Below, one piece after another: positions 1-63,865 of a stretch of 64,000 bases of DNA. Under the pieces are notes generated by a model. That model was not told the origin of the DNA, made no database searches, and was given only the letters and a program-made list of their open reading frames with translations. Origin of the DNA: the human T2T-CHM13v2.0 reference genome, Homo sapiens; the NCBI RefSeq assembly GCF_009914755.1, contig NC_060926.1. The stretch is one strand, 5' to 3'. Position numbers and translations under genes: made by a program. Within the stretch, counting starts at the first letter, position 1. Each line of letters begins with the position of its first letter.

Positions 1-54
1 CCCTGTCTTTACAAATAAAAAGATGGTTAAAAAAAAATTAAGGTTCTTGCAAGA

Positions 55-270
55 GTGAACCTTCCAAGGTAACCTATGGACTTTGGGTGATGATGTGTCA
101 ATGTAGGTTTGCCAATTGTAGCAAATGCACCCCCTGGTGGGGGTTGTTGATAATGGGGAGGCTATGCACACGTAAGGAGCAAAGCGTACCTGGGAAATCT
201 CTGTACCTTTTGCTCAATATTGCTGTGAACCTAAAATTGCTTTAAAAAATTAAGTCTATTAAAACATTAA
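55..270 (+). mobile_element. Old L1M (L1MC/MD-type) 3' end fragment
   Basis: 'ctatggactttgggtgatgatgtgtcaatgtagg...gggaaatctctgtacctt...gctgtgaacctaaaa' 3'UTR signature. Confidence 0.7.
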
Positions 271-704
271 AAAATACAGACATAACAAAATGAAGGTATT
301 CAGGTATTAGATAACCTAATTATCTAATTCTCTAACATAGCATTAAAATAATTCAATAGTCACAGCTAGTTGTCCCTCAGATAAAAGTTGGTTACAGCTA
401 CAGTAAGAAACCAGAACCTGTATGGGACAATCATATTAACAGGCAAATAATAATGCTTATATTTGCAGAAAACCTACTTATTTCCCTAGAATATCAAAGT
501 ATCTTGACAAATAAAAACAGTTGGAACATTGCTGTACACCACTCTATTAAATGAGTTCCTCATTTAAAACAAATTTTGTCCTCACAAAAACAAGAGGGCA
601 ATATAAGTCTACAGAGCTTTATTTGAGTATACAAAAGTGATGCTGTGTAGGACAAGCACCATCATTGCCATCCACTGGAGTAATTCCTAAATGTTAGGTC
701 TATG

Positions 705-914
705 ACAATGGTAATGAACTGGGACAATCTTTCCTCCCAGGGCATAATTGGCAGTATCTGGAGATGTACTACAGGACTGGGAGATTTGTACTCTTGGCAT
801 CTAGCAGGTAATGCCAGGATCACTGCTGAATATCCCATGTTGCATAGGATAGCCCCATACAACAAATAATCAACTGGTGCAAAATGTCAACAGTGCTGAG
901 GTTAAGAAACTCTG
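705..914 (+). mobile_element. MER20 (hAT-Charlie DNA transposon fossil)
   Basis: 'ggcatctagc...gccaggat...aaaatgtcaacagtgctgaggttaagaaactctg' matches the MER20 3' half. Confidence 0.75.
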
Positions 915-1011
915 GCCTATGGCAAGATGCAGAGGGAAAGGCAATGTTTAAGACAAAACCCCTGCCCCCAATGATTGTATAATCTGCTTGAGGGGGTAAG
1001 ATAAATGATAA

Positions 1012-2526
<1,515 letters not shown>

Positions 2527-3769
2527 TTACTTTTATGAGAGTAGCAAGGAAGATGTGCTGAATTTTGAAAGATTTGGATAGGCAAACAGAAAAGGATATT
2601 TCAAGTGGAGGGTACACTGGAGGCAGACATCCAGAGATGAGAAAGAACAATGTCTTTTCAGGACAGTAAATAACCAGCCCTGTCCAGCAGTGTTTGTGCA
2701 GCAAGGCAATCAGCAAAAAACGTTTTCATTTGTCAAGCGGGATCACGTGGCTGATGCAGTCCTGGCTCTGCCATGTCTTAGCTGGGTAAACACCAGCGTG
2801 CAAGCTGTAAAATTGGGATATCTCTTACCTTACAGTTGTTCCTGTAAAAATCAGACACTGACAAGCCTGTCACATCGTCTTGCTTAAAGGATGGCAGCTC
2901 CTAGAGCAAACATTAAGAAAACACAGGTTGAACTTGGACTTTAAAGAAACTAAAGTAACAGGGTGGAAATTTACATTTATCCTATGGGCTGGAAGAGTCA
3001 TTGCTTCAATGTATAAGGCAGTGACAAGATGAAAATAATGCTTTCGATTAATCTGAATCTAGGTAGATGATACCTAAGTGGTCTCTCAGCTTTTCTGAAT
3101 GGCTAACATTTTTCAAAGTATAAGTTTTTATTTTTTAAAAAACTTGACTATTTTCTGCTTCCTCCTGTAATAATTTAGGCTCAACTGAGAAGAGGTCCCC
3201 GTTGCTCATGGCTATATCCTCAGCAACTAGCATAGTATATGACACACAGCAGAGATAAACAATAAACTATTGTCTAACAGTTGAAACAGAAAAGAAAAAG
3301 TAAAAAGGGCCAGAACTATGGTGACAGCAGTTTGTGTGGGAAGATAGGGGTGCATGCCAAAGTTTTCCAAAGCAATTTGGTGATTTGGATATAGACTAGC
3401 AATGAAAACTCAGGTGATGGGAGATTGGTGGAACCAATTGCAGGAGATTAGAAAATATGCAGATTTTAGGAAAAACGAATTGTATTTTACATCCCTGGAT
3501 TACAAGGAGGGAGTAGGCCAATGAAATGCAGAACTAAAACTTGACAAAAGTTTTAGAGCAATTTAGCTAGCGGGGATTACTGAGGTTAGCAAAGTAAAAG
3601 GTGTTTCAAGAAAGATGAAGGACCTTATCTTCCCACTCTATGAGGAGCAGAAACCAAAAAATGACCTTCTATGTCTAACAGTGCCATTCCAAAATTAAGT
3701 AATAGTTTTTGAGGGTCTAGAGTGGAGTCACAAATTAGCTACTGTAAAGTTAGTTTGCCTGTAGATCAT

Positions 3770-4020
3770 TTTGTTTGGACAGCTTAATTCTGGCCTATTT
3801 AATAGTCAACATTTAAAAATCAGAAGCTCCATAAAAATTCGGATTATTTAATTCTTTCAAATACCAGGGAGATGGTCAACCTTGTCTTCATTTTAACAGG
3901 CAGAATTGGATGAAGCTGAGTAAATGGTGCTGCCTTTAAATGACTCCAGTTCACTACCCAATTTGTCTCATTTGTGATTTTCACCTGGCCCCTGTAGGTA
4001 TTAGAGTTTGCAATTCCTGG
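3770..4020 (+). mobile_element. hAT-Charlie fossil, MER102-like
   Basis: Terminal 'cacctggcccctgtaggtattagagtttgcaattcctg' resembles the MER102 end. Confidence 0.45.
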
Positions 4021-4074
4021 TCTAATGGTATTATGTCAGCTTTAATGAAAATGGTTAAGAATAAAACCAGTAAC

Positions 4075-4270
4075 AGCAATAATAGCACACTGAGCACTTA
4101 GTTGCAGGCACTAAGTATGCCACAGAGATCACCCACCATTTGAGGGAGGTGCTATAATTGTACCATTGTACAGGTAAAAAACTAAGAGGTTCAAAGACCT
4201 GCCTAAATGTCAACAGCCAGAAAGGGGTAATGGTAAGATTAAAAATCCAGTCAGACTTAATTTGCAGTTG
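4075..4270 (-). mobile_element. MIR
   Basis: 'cactgagcacttagttgcaggcactaag...acaggtaaaaaactaagaggttcaaagacctgcctaaatgtca' MIR core in reverse. Confidence 0.6.
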
Positions 4271-6569
4271 CCAAATAGTATTCAAATTAAATGGTACTAA
4301 GTTACCCTATATGAAATCTGAGTCTTTTCCTAAAAGCAGATACCTCCATTTCAGCCACAGGAACTTGTGCTCTTTTCCGCAGTAAATACACGGACATGCA
4401 CACCTCTGTGTGACTTTGGGTTGTTATCTCATTGCCTCTTACCTGTGCCTAAGATGATCTGAGATGAACTCAATAGCTTAGTTTCTTGCCATAAATCATG
4501 AACTTTGGGTGGCGGGAGGGGAAGGTGGGAGTGGTAGAGACTTGTCTTCATTTTTATGTCTAGTAAACATAAAATGCATAGATGCAATTAACCAACTTCA
4601 AGAAACTGAAGTTCTAATTGGAGATATGCAACAGACTCAGAGGTTTTTAACGAGGTTTAGTAATATGTGGGTGAGTATAAATGGAAGTTGTAGAGCATAT
4701 TCAAGGTTGAGGGGACACAAGACATCACAATGAGAGCCAGGAACACCATTTGGAGATGTTTCAATGAGTGTTTCAAAGTGTGTAATGTGAAAATGTCCAT
4801 GTTAAGGGAACAGGTTTCCAAGATGTCACATTGGGCACTCTGAGCTCTCTCCTAAAGTATCAGTGGGTGTTAAAGTTTGCTTGGCTGAATAAATATTCCG
4901 TGGAATATACACAGAACAGAATGAAAGAACTTGAAAGATCAGACAGAAAAGACATTTGACTATATTGGAAGAAGTGAGAATTGGATTGGAAAACAAAGGC
5001 ATCAGGATTCTAAAAAAATCTATGGGGAAGACTTTAATCTGCTAATCTATGAATTTTTTGGGGGGGGGATTACAGGTCAGTTAAGTCAAAATCAAAATGG
5101 TGTAAACAAAGCAAGTCAAGAATAAAAACCTCACTCATAACTATCTGGGATAGCCAAAACCTTTGTTTCTGATAATACATTTGAGAAATGTGAAGTAGTG
5201 GTATAAGACACAGGAAGTAGGTTGCTTGAGCTAACAGGATACGTACATCTGGGAAACAGGTACTATGATAGAAGTGATGGATAATTACTCTGTCACACCT
5301 TAACTCCAAAACAATCAATTCATTTTGCTGTGCTACTTTAACACGATTCTGGTTTTTTTCAACTATAAATGGCATTACAGATGGAATGAAGCAATCAATG
5401 AACCAGTTGACAAGCCTGAATTTTCTTCCACATCTTTGCTGTATGCTATGAAAAAGAACTCTGCTAAATGCCCACTGTGTTACATGGTATTCTAGGGCCT
5501 TTGACTTCATTATTTCATATAATAATCACTACAACTGTGTAAGGTAGACAAAAGTATTTTAAAGGTGAATCAGAAGGTCAGAAAAGTGAAATAATTTGCC
5601 TAAGTTCACACAGCTGCTAGGAGACAGAGCTGATTCTCAAATCCTTCTCTCTGGCTTTTATTCATCCTCCAGTTGTGCTTTGGAATGAAGATGATCTGAG
5701 TTAAATACTGCTACTTATCAACTTTGTGGCCTGAGCCTAATTAGTCTCTTTGGACTCCAGTCTCCTCTTCTGTGATGTAGGAAGACAATACCAATTCTCA
5801 TGGGGTTGTTTTGAAATAATTAAATTCGTTATTTGTTCATTTATCTATTCGAGTGATAGATCACGGAATGAGGGAAGTAAAGAAGTGCTGGGGTGGGGAT
5901 TGGTAACTGATTATAACAAAGTCAATGGATCAGAAGGTTTGCTGAGGTGAAGGATTTCTAGAATAGTGGTACTAAAGCAGGTGAACTGGTTGGGAAGTGG
6001 CCAAAGTATGATGTTTCAAGGAGGGATTTCAGAGGTGGTATGATTTGAAAGCCAACCTAACGGGGATGACAATGGGAGTAGGTAGCTAGGGATGTAGAAT
6101 TAGAACTTTGGAAGCAAGGAAATTGAGAACCTGAAAAGGAATGAGCATGCAAAGTATCTAGAATTCAGATGATCCTTAAAAAATACTAACTCTGAAATAG
6201 TGTAAAAATATAGAAATAGCAAACATAGGCAACATGTTTCTTGTTTACACATTAAAAGAGTGAAGGTGAAAAATCTGCCTGAGCGGCAGACAGTACATGT
6301 GAATACATCATAGTTGATGCTGCAGAAATGCATTTTCAAAGCAGAACAGAATAGTTCCTCAATCCAGCTTCTAGTCTCTGCTTCTGATATAACTCACTTA
6401 TACTCAAAATACTTCTGCTAGAGGTAGTTAGGTATTAATTGCTTGTATAAGAGTATAGAACATAGTGAGGAGCACACACACAAGACAAAACACAAGTTAA
6501 GTAGAATAGGAAATGTTAACAAAAATTTCCAGGCAATATTTGCTGTCAAAAAACATCTGTATTACAGCT

Positions 6570-6900
6570 GTTCCTTCTGCCTACAAGGTTCTTCCCAAGC
6601 AATCCACATGTCTCAAGCCCTCACTCTGTTCAGATATCTGGGCAAGCATCACCTCATCAAAGAACTGCTCTGTCTATACACCCTGTCCCCCAATCACTCA
6701 GTCTCGCCTTTCTCTGCTTTACTTTTCTTCATAGCACTTACCACTACTGGATATATCATATATTTATTTATTTACTGTCTTTGTTTACCATTTCCCTCCC
6801 CTGAACTATAAGTCTCAACGAGTAGAGACTCTGTTCACTGTTTTATCTCTAGTACCTAAAACAAACCTGAGCAAACAGTAGAAGATTAATACATATTAAT
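6570..6900 (+). mobile_element. L2 3' fragment
   Basis: 'ttcttcatagcacttaccact...tataagtctcaacgagtagagactctgttcactgttttatctctagtacctaaaaca' L2 tail. Confidence 0.6.
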
Positions 6901-8162
6901 AACATTTTAAAAATAATCTAATAACTCTAAGGTCTTAAGCACTTAATAAAATGAATGGGTTCCCATTTTTACATGTAAAAGTCATGAACTAAGGTTAAAG
7001 TGTAGAAAATAAACTAAAATTTCTAGTCTACTGTTTTTTCCTTTTTACCAACCCTGAAGATGAGGGTTCAGGTAAAAAAAAAAAACAAAACTATTTCCCT
7101 TAGGGCTCATGGCCTACATGTTTGTTAAATCCAATTTGCTCAGCTTGTAAGTTCTGTGGAATGCACTGTCCATGATGGTCCCTTCCAATGACACCAAATT
7201 TTAACCACCACAAAGGGAGAAAACACTAAAAGGAATTTATCCAAGCTGTCTCATTCGAATGAATGCTTTTTGTGAGTTGGTGGGGAGAAGGAGCGGATAT
7301 TTCTTTACATGAATTTTATTGTTATTTATACTCAAGTTAAACAACAAAAATAGGAAACATTTTGAATCAGCATATGCCCAAAAACTAAACATTAAAATGG
7401 TGGTCCCACTATTCCTGAAACCAAACATTGGCTAAAATGAACTATATGCACCTTTAAGGTGAGCAAACACAAGAAGCCTATATTTAGCAAGGAAGTTAAA
7501 ATGTTTGTCAGCAAGTCTAATATCTTAGAGGAAATATTTATTTCAAAAGTAATAACTAATGTGGTCATATTAATTAATCAGTTAACAGTTACAATGATGG
7601 AAACCCTTAAAATTCATATAAAAAACTGAAATTACATTTAGGCTGCTTGCATATTTCACAATTATATGTTTTCCAATGATCTATTAACCTAAACTAAAAA
7701 TTAAATACACATTAATTCATCAACAGTGATATAACTTCAAGGCTGAGAAAAATGCACTAATCACAAAGAATTTCAATTAAATGATATCAAGGAGTCCAGA
7801 GAGAAGAAATATTTCCTGTGGGAGAAGTTCTAATTATAAATAACTGCGTATTGGTTTAAAGACTAACATACACCTAGCTTTACCAACACTTGTGAAAAAA
7901 ATTACACATTACATACTTTGTTCAAAGCCTAATATGAAAATTGTAACAAATCCTCTACTGAAAAAAAAAAAGTGACTACCTGAAAAAGATTCATAACATC
8001 TCATTAACAAAGCAAAACTGTTAAACTGAAAAGGTTCACCTGTTTTGGTCTTCAGTTACAAACAAAAAAGCACTGATAATTCACTATAACAGCTTCTTAA
8101 ACAACTAAAAAAATATTTTGTCAATTGAAAAAACATCACTGAATCAATGAGCTTTTGATCAT

Positions 8163-8168
8163 TTTATT
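8163..8168 (-). terminator. Polyadenylation signal AATAAA of CWC22 (3'UTR about 250 nt)
   Basis: First AATAAA after the stop; upstream TGTA motifs (8288-8313); downstream GT/T-rich element (about 8100-8140). Distal AATAAA at 7537-7542 and 7315-7320. Confidence 0.8.
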
Positions 8169-8400
8169 CACAAAATATAAGCGAGACTTACATCCCTTTC
8201 TGGTGAAAGTTTTCAAATAATTTTATGGGTAGGGCCTTGAGATGTATCAATTATAAAACATGTTAAAATGAAAACATTTTTTAAATTTACAAATACAAAC
8301 CAATACTTTATACAAGAATTCTCTATAAAGTTCGTCAAAGTAAAAAATAATTTGTTTCAACTGAATATAAGGCATGTCCAGTTTATGTCATTTTGTAGAA

Positions 8401-56617
<48,217 letters not shown>

Positions 56618-56643
56618 TTTCTGTTGCCAGTTGGTCCAATAAA

Positions 56644-56727
56644 TCAAAGATGCTTCAAACTGGTCCAAATAACAAGTACCCAATGCTCTGAATTCCTTGA
56701 CAGTTTACTTTTTCTGTCTGCAAACAT
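56644..56727 (-). promoter_or_regulatory. Upstream ORF in CWC22 5'UTR (27 aa, MFADRKSKLSRNSEHWVLVIWTSLKHL*)
   Basis: ATG 4 nt into the exon (GTGATGT), TGA at 56644-56646, 26 nt before the main ATG. Confidence 0.7.
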
Positions 56728-58142
56728 CACCTATAAAATATACCAAAGAAAGCTTTATTAACACTAACAAAGTGTGAAAAATGATGATATATTTTTTCTA
56801 TACAATGGACATTTGACCGCTTTATTTTTCTTAATCCATAAACAAATATAATAAAAATTGTAAAAATCCTTAAGTAGTTACACATAATAATGTATACCTA
56901 ACACATACAAGTAGAAAAAAAATCCATGAACAAGAGAGCAAATAGAAGGTTTTATTCTAAGGACCAAGCGGAACAAAAGTTAATTTAAAAAGGGATGTCC
57001 TATAACTTTATTAAAAATGTTCTCATAGTGAGGGAGATACATACCTACATCATAAAATAGTAGTGTGATATTATTAAAAAAAACCTGAGGAAACGATAGA
57101 AGAGAAACTCTATATAAACTGAGTATAAAAATCCAATGTTTCTACACAGACTAAGAATGAAATACCCAATATCCTTGCAATAATGATCATTAAGAAATAA
57201 ATTTAATCCACATAGAAATTTAAGGTGCTAAACTACAATAATTATGTCTCAATGTGATCTATTAATGGCACAAAGCTTCAGATATATGCACATATGAGAA
57301 CTAAGTATTTAGCTCAGAATAAACCTAGTCATCAGCATTAAATCTAAAATCTTCAGATGTGTTTTAATACTCTAAGTAAGTTTTAGCAATTTCTGCAAGA
57401 TGCTAAATTGATACTTATGTTCACAAAGAACTTGCATTCAAATATTTTATTGGAAGTACATATCTAAATGGTTTATAGTATAAGGCACTGAAATCCCAAA
57501 AATAAAATAGAAAATAAAAGGATTAAAAGATACAGAGAATGCAGAGAAAGCAACGTGCTTAGTAGCAAAATAACTGAATACAACTGGAAAAAAAAATTAA
57601 TTTGAGTGTCAGAAAGGGTATAACAGATTATCTGGTCCAATTCCTTCTTTTAAAAGAGAACACTGAAAGCCAGATATCCTATTTCAATTATAATTATAAT
57701 AATTAAATTATAATGCCAGCTAGACTTACAACTAGAAACCTACCATAAGGACACCCTGTTAAGTATTCCTTTCACTGGCACACACATACAAATAGTCTTG
57801 ACATTATAAAGTGATACAGAGCGGCTGTCATTTAATGCAGATGGGGATGTATACGAATTACTAAGTCAAGAAATGTTTCTATTACAATGATTGGCATGGT
57901 GTCAAGGTTAGTAAAGGCAAACTTATCAATCTATAAAATATAACTACAATCTAAAGCACATCACTGCTTATGTACGAGGCTTACAGTTAAAGAGACAAAT
58001 GTGTGTAACTTTACATAATACGCTTATTAACAGGCTCTTTCTTCAATTAGTTATTATTGCAGTTGTTTAGAAAGCTCAGCCTTGTTTTCAGCTGGCAAGT
58101 TGTCCCCAAATCTTTTCTTTATGTATCTTTTTAAAGTTTATC

Positions 58143-58491
<349 letters not shown>

Positions 58492-58879
58492 TCATTGTTT
58501 GAACTTAGTTTCAGAGTAACTTTTCCTACTCGATGCTATACCTTAGATAAATAATTGAGAAAATCCAGAATAAGTTACGTAAAACACTTCATAAAATCAG
58601 ACTCTGTGATGGTAGCAGAGAGGAGAGGCATGCCCCTCTACCTTAAACAGTCTATTCTGATATCATGCAAGAGTTACCATCTTAATAAGCCTATGTTATC
58701 AAAAGTCAAATAAAAAACATGTTTCAAAGGCGAAAGAGAGGTTCGAGACTAGAGAGAATTACACTGTTTTCCTCTAAGAACTTAAATAATAAGGGTGTTT
58801 TGATTCCCAGGGCCACTGGGTAGTTTATGTAGCACTTCTGAACAAATTTTTTAAAACGGTAACTGAACTTCCACTTCTG

Positions 58880-60670
58880 AAATGGCTAGGAAGTTCCTAC
58901 TGAACCTAATCCTTTCACAGGTAACAACCATAAACTCTTGACAAAATATACAACAACCACCTGAAGGCACTGGAGAATGAACAAAAGCAGGCTGAGTCTA
59001 GAGGAGAGTAGATGCCTTGAGAAAGGAGCAACATGAGTGAGTTATCCCATTTAATATAGCTTTAGTCTGAGGGCAAGCTGCAGTCTGTACCACGCAAGGG
59101 TGGCTAAAACTGATGAAAAGCTGCAGCCATTCTCATTTGAAGAACAAGAGGACAGAGTCTGAGGCAACCACAACTGCTGGAAACTGAGGGGGAATCCAGG
59201 AGGGGAGAGAGTCAGTGGAGGGGAACCCCATATGCTGGGTATAAATTGTTCCCACATCTCTGACTACCTCTGAACCAACACATGTACAAGACAGATTCCT
59301 GCCAAGAACTGAACTAAGATTTGAACTGCTGCTCAAGAGACTAGAGTTTGCAATTTAAGTCCAACCAAGTTAACTGCCTAAAAAGTCACCACTCCTTAGA
59401 GGAATGTAAGGAAACCAAAATCTCTATAACATAAAAATAATATCCAGGAGACAATTAAAAATAACATTTAAAAAATGTGGCCCAATCTTAAGGAAAAAGA
59501 CAATCAAAACAGATCAATGCTGAGATGATCCAGATCCTGGAATTAGTATATAAGGTTTTTAAAGCATGGTTTTTAAAACATATGGAACGATGCAAAGAAA
59601 AATATGCCTGGGAAATTTCAGCCAAGAGAAACGATAAAATAGAACCAAACAGAAATTCTAAAACTGAAAAATATATGAAATAAAAAATTCACTGAATACG
59701 CTTAACAGTAGAATGGTTAATAGTTAAAGCCAAAGATAAAGAGAAAAATCCTGAAAGCAGAAAAGAAAAAAACAACATATTATATACAAGGAAATAACAA
59801 TTCAAATTACTGTTGACTTCTCATCAGAAACTAAATAGACCATGTTCTCATTTACATGCAGAAGCTAAAAAAGTGGATCTCATGAAGATAAAGCAGACTG
59901 GCGGTTATCAGAGGCCAGAAAGGGGAGTGGGGTGTGGAGGATGAAGGAAAAAAAAGGAGTATAAATGTATTTATTACCACTGAACTGTACACTTAAACAC
60001 GGTAAAGATGGTAAATTACATCTCTATATATTTTATATCAAAATTTTTGAAAAAGAAACTAGAGAGACTTGAAAATAGTGAAACAATTTTTAAAAGTGTT
60101 AAAAGATAAAAAAAAAAAGTTAACGTAGAATTCCAGCAAAAACAATCTTTAAAGGAAGACAAAAATGAAGACATTTACTGATTAAACAAAAAACAACAAC
60201 TAAGAGAAAGAAACTAAGAGAATTTATCACCAGCAGACCTGCACTACAAAAAATGCTAAAATAAGTTCTTCAAGCTAAAGGGAAATGATGCTAGATGGAA
60301 ACTGTTTTTCAGAAAGAAATGAAGAATACTGTAAATGATAACTTTCTCAGGAAATACAAGATACTGTTTTATTTTAATTTATCTAAAATACATATGACTC
60401 TTTACAGCAAAAATTATGTCTTGAGGGGTTATAATATATGTAGCCAGAGTATATATATGTATAGTATATAGAACTAGCGACCAAAATGGATCTACACTAT
60501 GCAAGGTTTTCTACATCTTTCGTAAGGTGATACAATATGGACTCTAAGTAGCACATGAAAAGTTAAGGATATATATATACTGTTCCTTAGAGTAATGACT
60601 AAAAAAAAAAAGTACAAAATGTAGCTTAAAAGGCTACAAATTAAAATAGAATTTTAAAAAATATTTAAAA
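58880..60670 (+). mobile_element. Decayed old L1M (5'/ORF1 region) with a nested L1MA 3' fragment (about 59840-60050)
   Basis: 'gaaccaaacagaaattctaaaactgaaaa', 'aaagagaaaaatcctgaaagcag', 'gacttctcatcagaaac', 'gaatttatcaccagcagacctgcactacaa'. Confidence 0.7.
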
Positions 60671-63562
60671 CAGAGGCTACCCCCTCCCTCACCTGAGGAT
60701 GAGAGCCCTGTAGGGATAACCCTTATCTCAGCTGGATTTTAGGACCATTTGCCTCAACAAGATGACTCTGTTGAAACCAAATTGCATGACTCCTTCCAAA
60801 GCTCCTGTTTTAATGGCTATAAAGGTATAGAGAGCCATAAAACTCAAAACTTTACTCGACTTACTTTTGCTCAAAGATATTGGTATTTTTTTCCCTACCT
60901 CTACTAGCACAACCATTTAACATTTCTAACATATCCTTTATTACCTTTAAACCCAGTGTTATTTATACGTACATTTGTTCCCCAACAAATAATACAGCAC
61001 TTCTGTTATTTGCCCAGCATCTTTCTAGGCACTGGATAGGCAGCAATGAACTACCGTAACAAAATCTGTTCATGTGAAGCTTACATTCTAGGTATAAGAA
61101 ACAAATCTATAATGATAAACAAAACACTAAGCCACTCAAGCAAGGTGACAGGTTGGGCTTTTTTCCTACAGGTCAGTTTTAAATCACTACTTAACAGTGT
61201 AAAACTAGTTTGATGTCACTATATTAAACACAACTTGAATCAAGAAAAAATGCATGACAGGAGAATTACTTGTACATATATTGGGGCCCACCTCTGACTT
61301 ACAAAATCAGAAAATGGGCAGAAAGTGTAGGGGAAACCCATGCATACTTGTTTTATGAAAGTATTCCCAAGGTAACTCCAAAATCCAACTTTTCCCCAAG
61401 TCTCCTCAGCTTTTCAATTTTACATAAGAAACTTTGGTTCTCAATTTGTTCTCAAACCATGAGCCACTTAGGCAGAATATAGAGACCCCACAGCCTACCT
61501 ACTTTATAGTGAAGAACTTAGTTGTAAATCAATTGGAAAGGGAAACAGAAAATCCAAATGTATTAATTCTTAATAATTCATAGGTAAGAAGTGTTTTTTA
61601 AACTTGAGAAATTATGGCCACAATTTATAATCACTTATACAATCTTCCTCAATCCTCATAATTACCCTGTTCTGGTGATTTTTTTTTTAGCCATGTTTTT
61701 CAGTGAAACAACTGAAGTTCAGAGAATTCAAGCAATTTGTCCACGTAAATTACACCTAGTAAATGGCAGAAGCTAAACTTCAAAGCCAGGTTTATCTGAT
61801 GCCAAAGCCATATATTTTGTCCCAATGAAAATGCCAACACTAACGAATTGAAGCCAAAATGGTAAATTATAAAATGTAAACAAGTACAGACTCTACTATA
61901 CAGAAAATTATCCTAGCCTAAACTGATCCATTCGTTCAAAGTTCCAGATAGCAAAGACTGTGATTTAATATAATGAAGCACTACTTCTTTTCAAACATTC
62001 ATAGTAATTTTAAGGATTCCTTTTTATTTAATTTAGCATACCTAGAATTCACTGTGACTAGGTATACTATGAGCAAAAAATAAAAATAAAAAATCACTTG
62101 ACCCCATTGCACAAGATTTAGCGTTTTCCTTTGCTACTCTCCTGGAGTCTTACACCCGGTTCCTCTTCCCAACCTACTTACACATTTCAGAACAAGCAAT
62201 TTCTGTGCATTTTATTTCTATTTAAATTTACATATTTCAATTTACATATTTCAATTTAGTGAGTTTTCTTCTGATCGATATCATCTTTCCCCTTTCAACT
62301 TTCATCAGCAAATAATTTCTGGCAATAAAGTACAATCTGTTACATTTCCATGTCTCACAACGTAAGTGTGAAAATGACAATATGGTAAAGTAGACTGCTA
62401 TCATAGTTCTAACAAAAAATGAATAAAGTATTGTCATTGTCCAGATTTATGCAGAATATGCCTGTTCGGAAATTCTGAGTTCAACATATGCATGCTAATA
62501 CTTACACTAATCGGAAATTCCTGAAATGAGAGCAATTTATCTAGAGTTTATAGCACTCTCTGCTCTTCTAAGCATCACTATGTGAATTTTATGGTGAATT
62601 ATTAAATTTCTTTCCCCTTCTCACAAGAAAGCAACTCAACAAAACCACACCTGTTCTCCCGAAGAAAGGATATTTTCCAATAGGAGATATAGTATTCACG
62701 AGAGCACTATTAAAAAAAAGATAGTTTTTCTCTCAGTTTCATCAAGCATTAGAAAGCAAAATATTTAATAACATATATAAGTACGTCAGACTGTTAAGCA
62801 GAAAACTGTGAATTCTGCAATCATCTCAAAAATTAAGAAAATGAGAAAATATTCAACTAATGGCTGAAATGCACTGCTTTCCAGATGATTTCCGTAGCAA
62901 AACACTTCTACCATTGTCACTTCGGTGTTCTCAGTCCAAGTTAGAGGAACTTGCTGAAACATATTGTCATAAAATTGCTAAAGGAAAGGGGAATCAATAG
63001 TGAGTTACCTTTAGTTGGCTCCTCTGGCTTCTAAATAGTAAAAACAGGTTTGGTGAATTTCAAACATTTTAACAGAGTTCATATTTAAAACAAAAACAAA
63101 AACCAAAACAAAAACCTTAGTTGCCCAATGGGGAAAGTGGTAATATTATACAATACAAAATAAAAACTGTCTTAAAATTATTCTAAATGCCAAAATATAA
63201 TGGGAGGGGACATAACGGAACGGAATTCTCAGAAAATACCTCAACAACAGCCAAGCCCCCAAGGAACGGATTTTCCTTTTCAGGGAACAAATAGGAGTAA
63301 CAGATTGGCTTCGCTCTTGAACAATATAAAACAAGATTGCTATGTACTTTCCATATCTGTACTGAAGGAAAACTTACTTGTTTTAGAAAAACCGTTTCTT
63401 GCTATTTTTTCCTGTCTTAATTTACATATTAGTGAAAAAATTGCCTCATGATATACCTCATAAGGCCAAAAAATTATAATTTGATGTCAGCATAGAATCA
63501 CAATTTCAAGAAAATAAAAGGGTCAAAATACTCCTGTCTCTTTCTAGAAAAGTCACCAGGTA

Positions 63563-63865
63563 CAGGTTGAAAATCCTTTATCTGCAGTTCTAAAATCTGT
63601 AAAGCTCTGAAAATACAAAGATTATTCTTAAGCATGTGGCAACTCACTTGAGAGCAAAACTTAGCATATACTGACTTGATACTTAATGTGACTTGATACA
63701 GTGCAGAAATATTAATGTGTTTTGACTAGAGGATGTTACTCCAGACCCCAAAAGGGGGGATTACTTAATATGTAGTATAGGCACTGCAGTTTTCTAAAAT
63801 CTACAAGATACTGAAATCAAAACACTTCTGGCTCCAAAAATTACAAATAAAGAGTTGCAGAGCTG
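63563..63865 (-). mobile_element. MER46C (TcMar-Tigger)
   Basis: 'aaagctctgaaaa...cagaaatattaatgtgtttga...ccagacccc...tttctaaaatct...aacacttctggctccaa'. Confidence 0.65.

Noticed and set aside
5070-5510. 146-aa minus-strand ORF downstream of CWC22
   Set aside because: No recognisable protein similarity or exon structure, partly overlaps MIR-like sequence; consistent with a chance ORF
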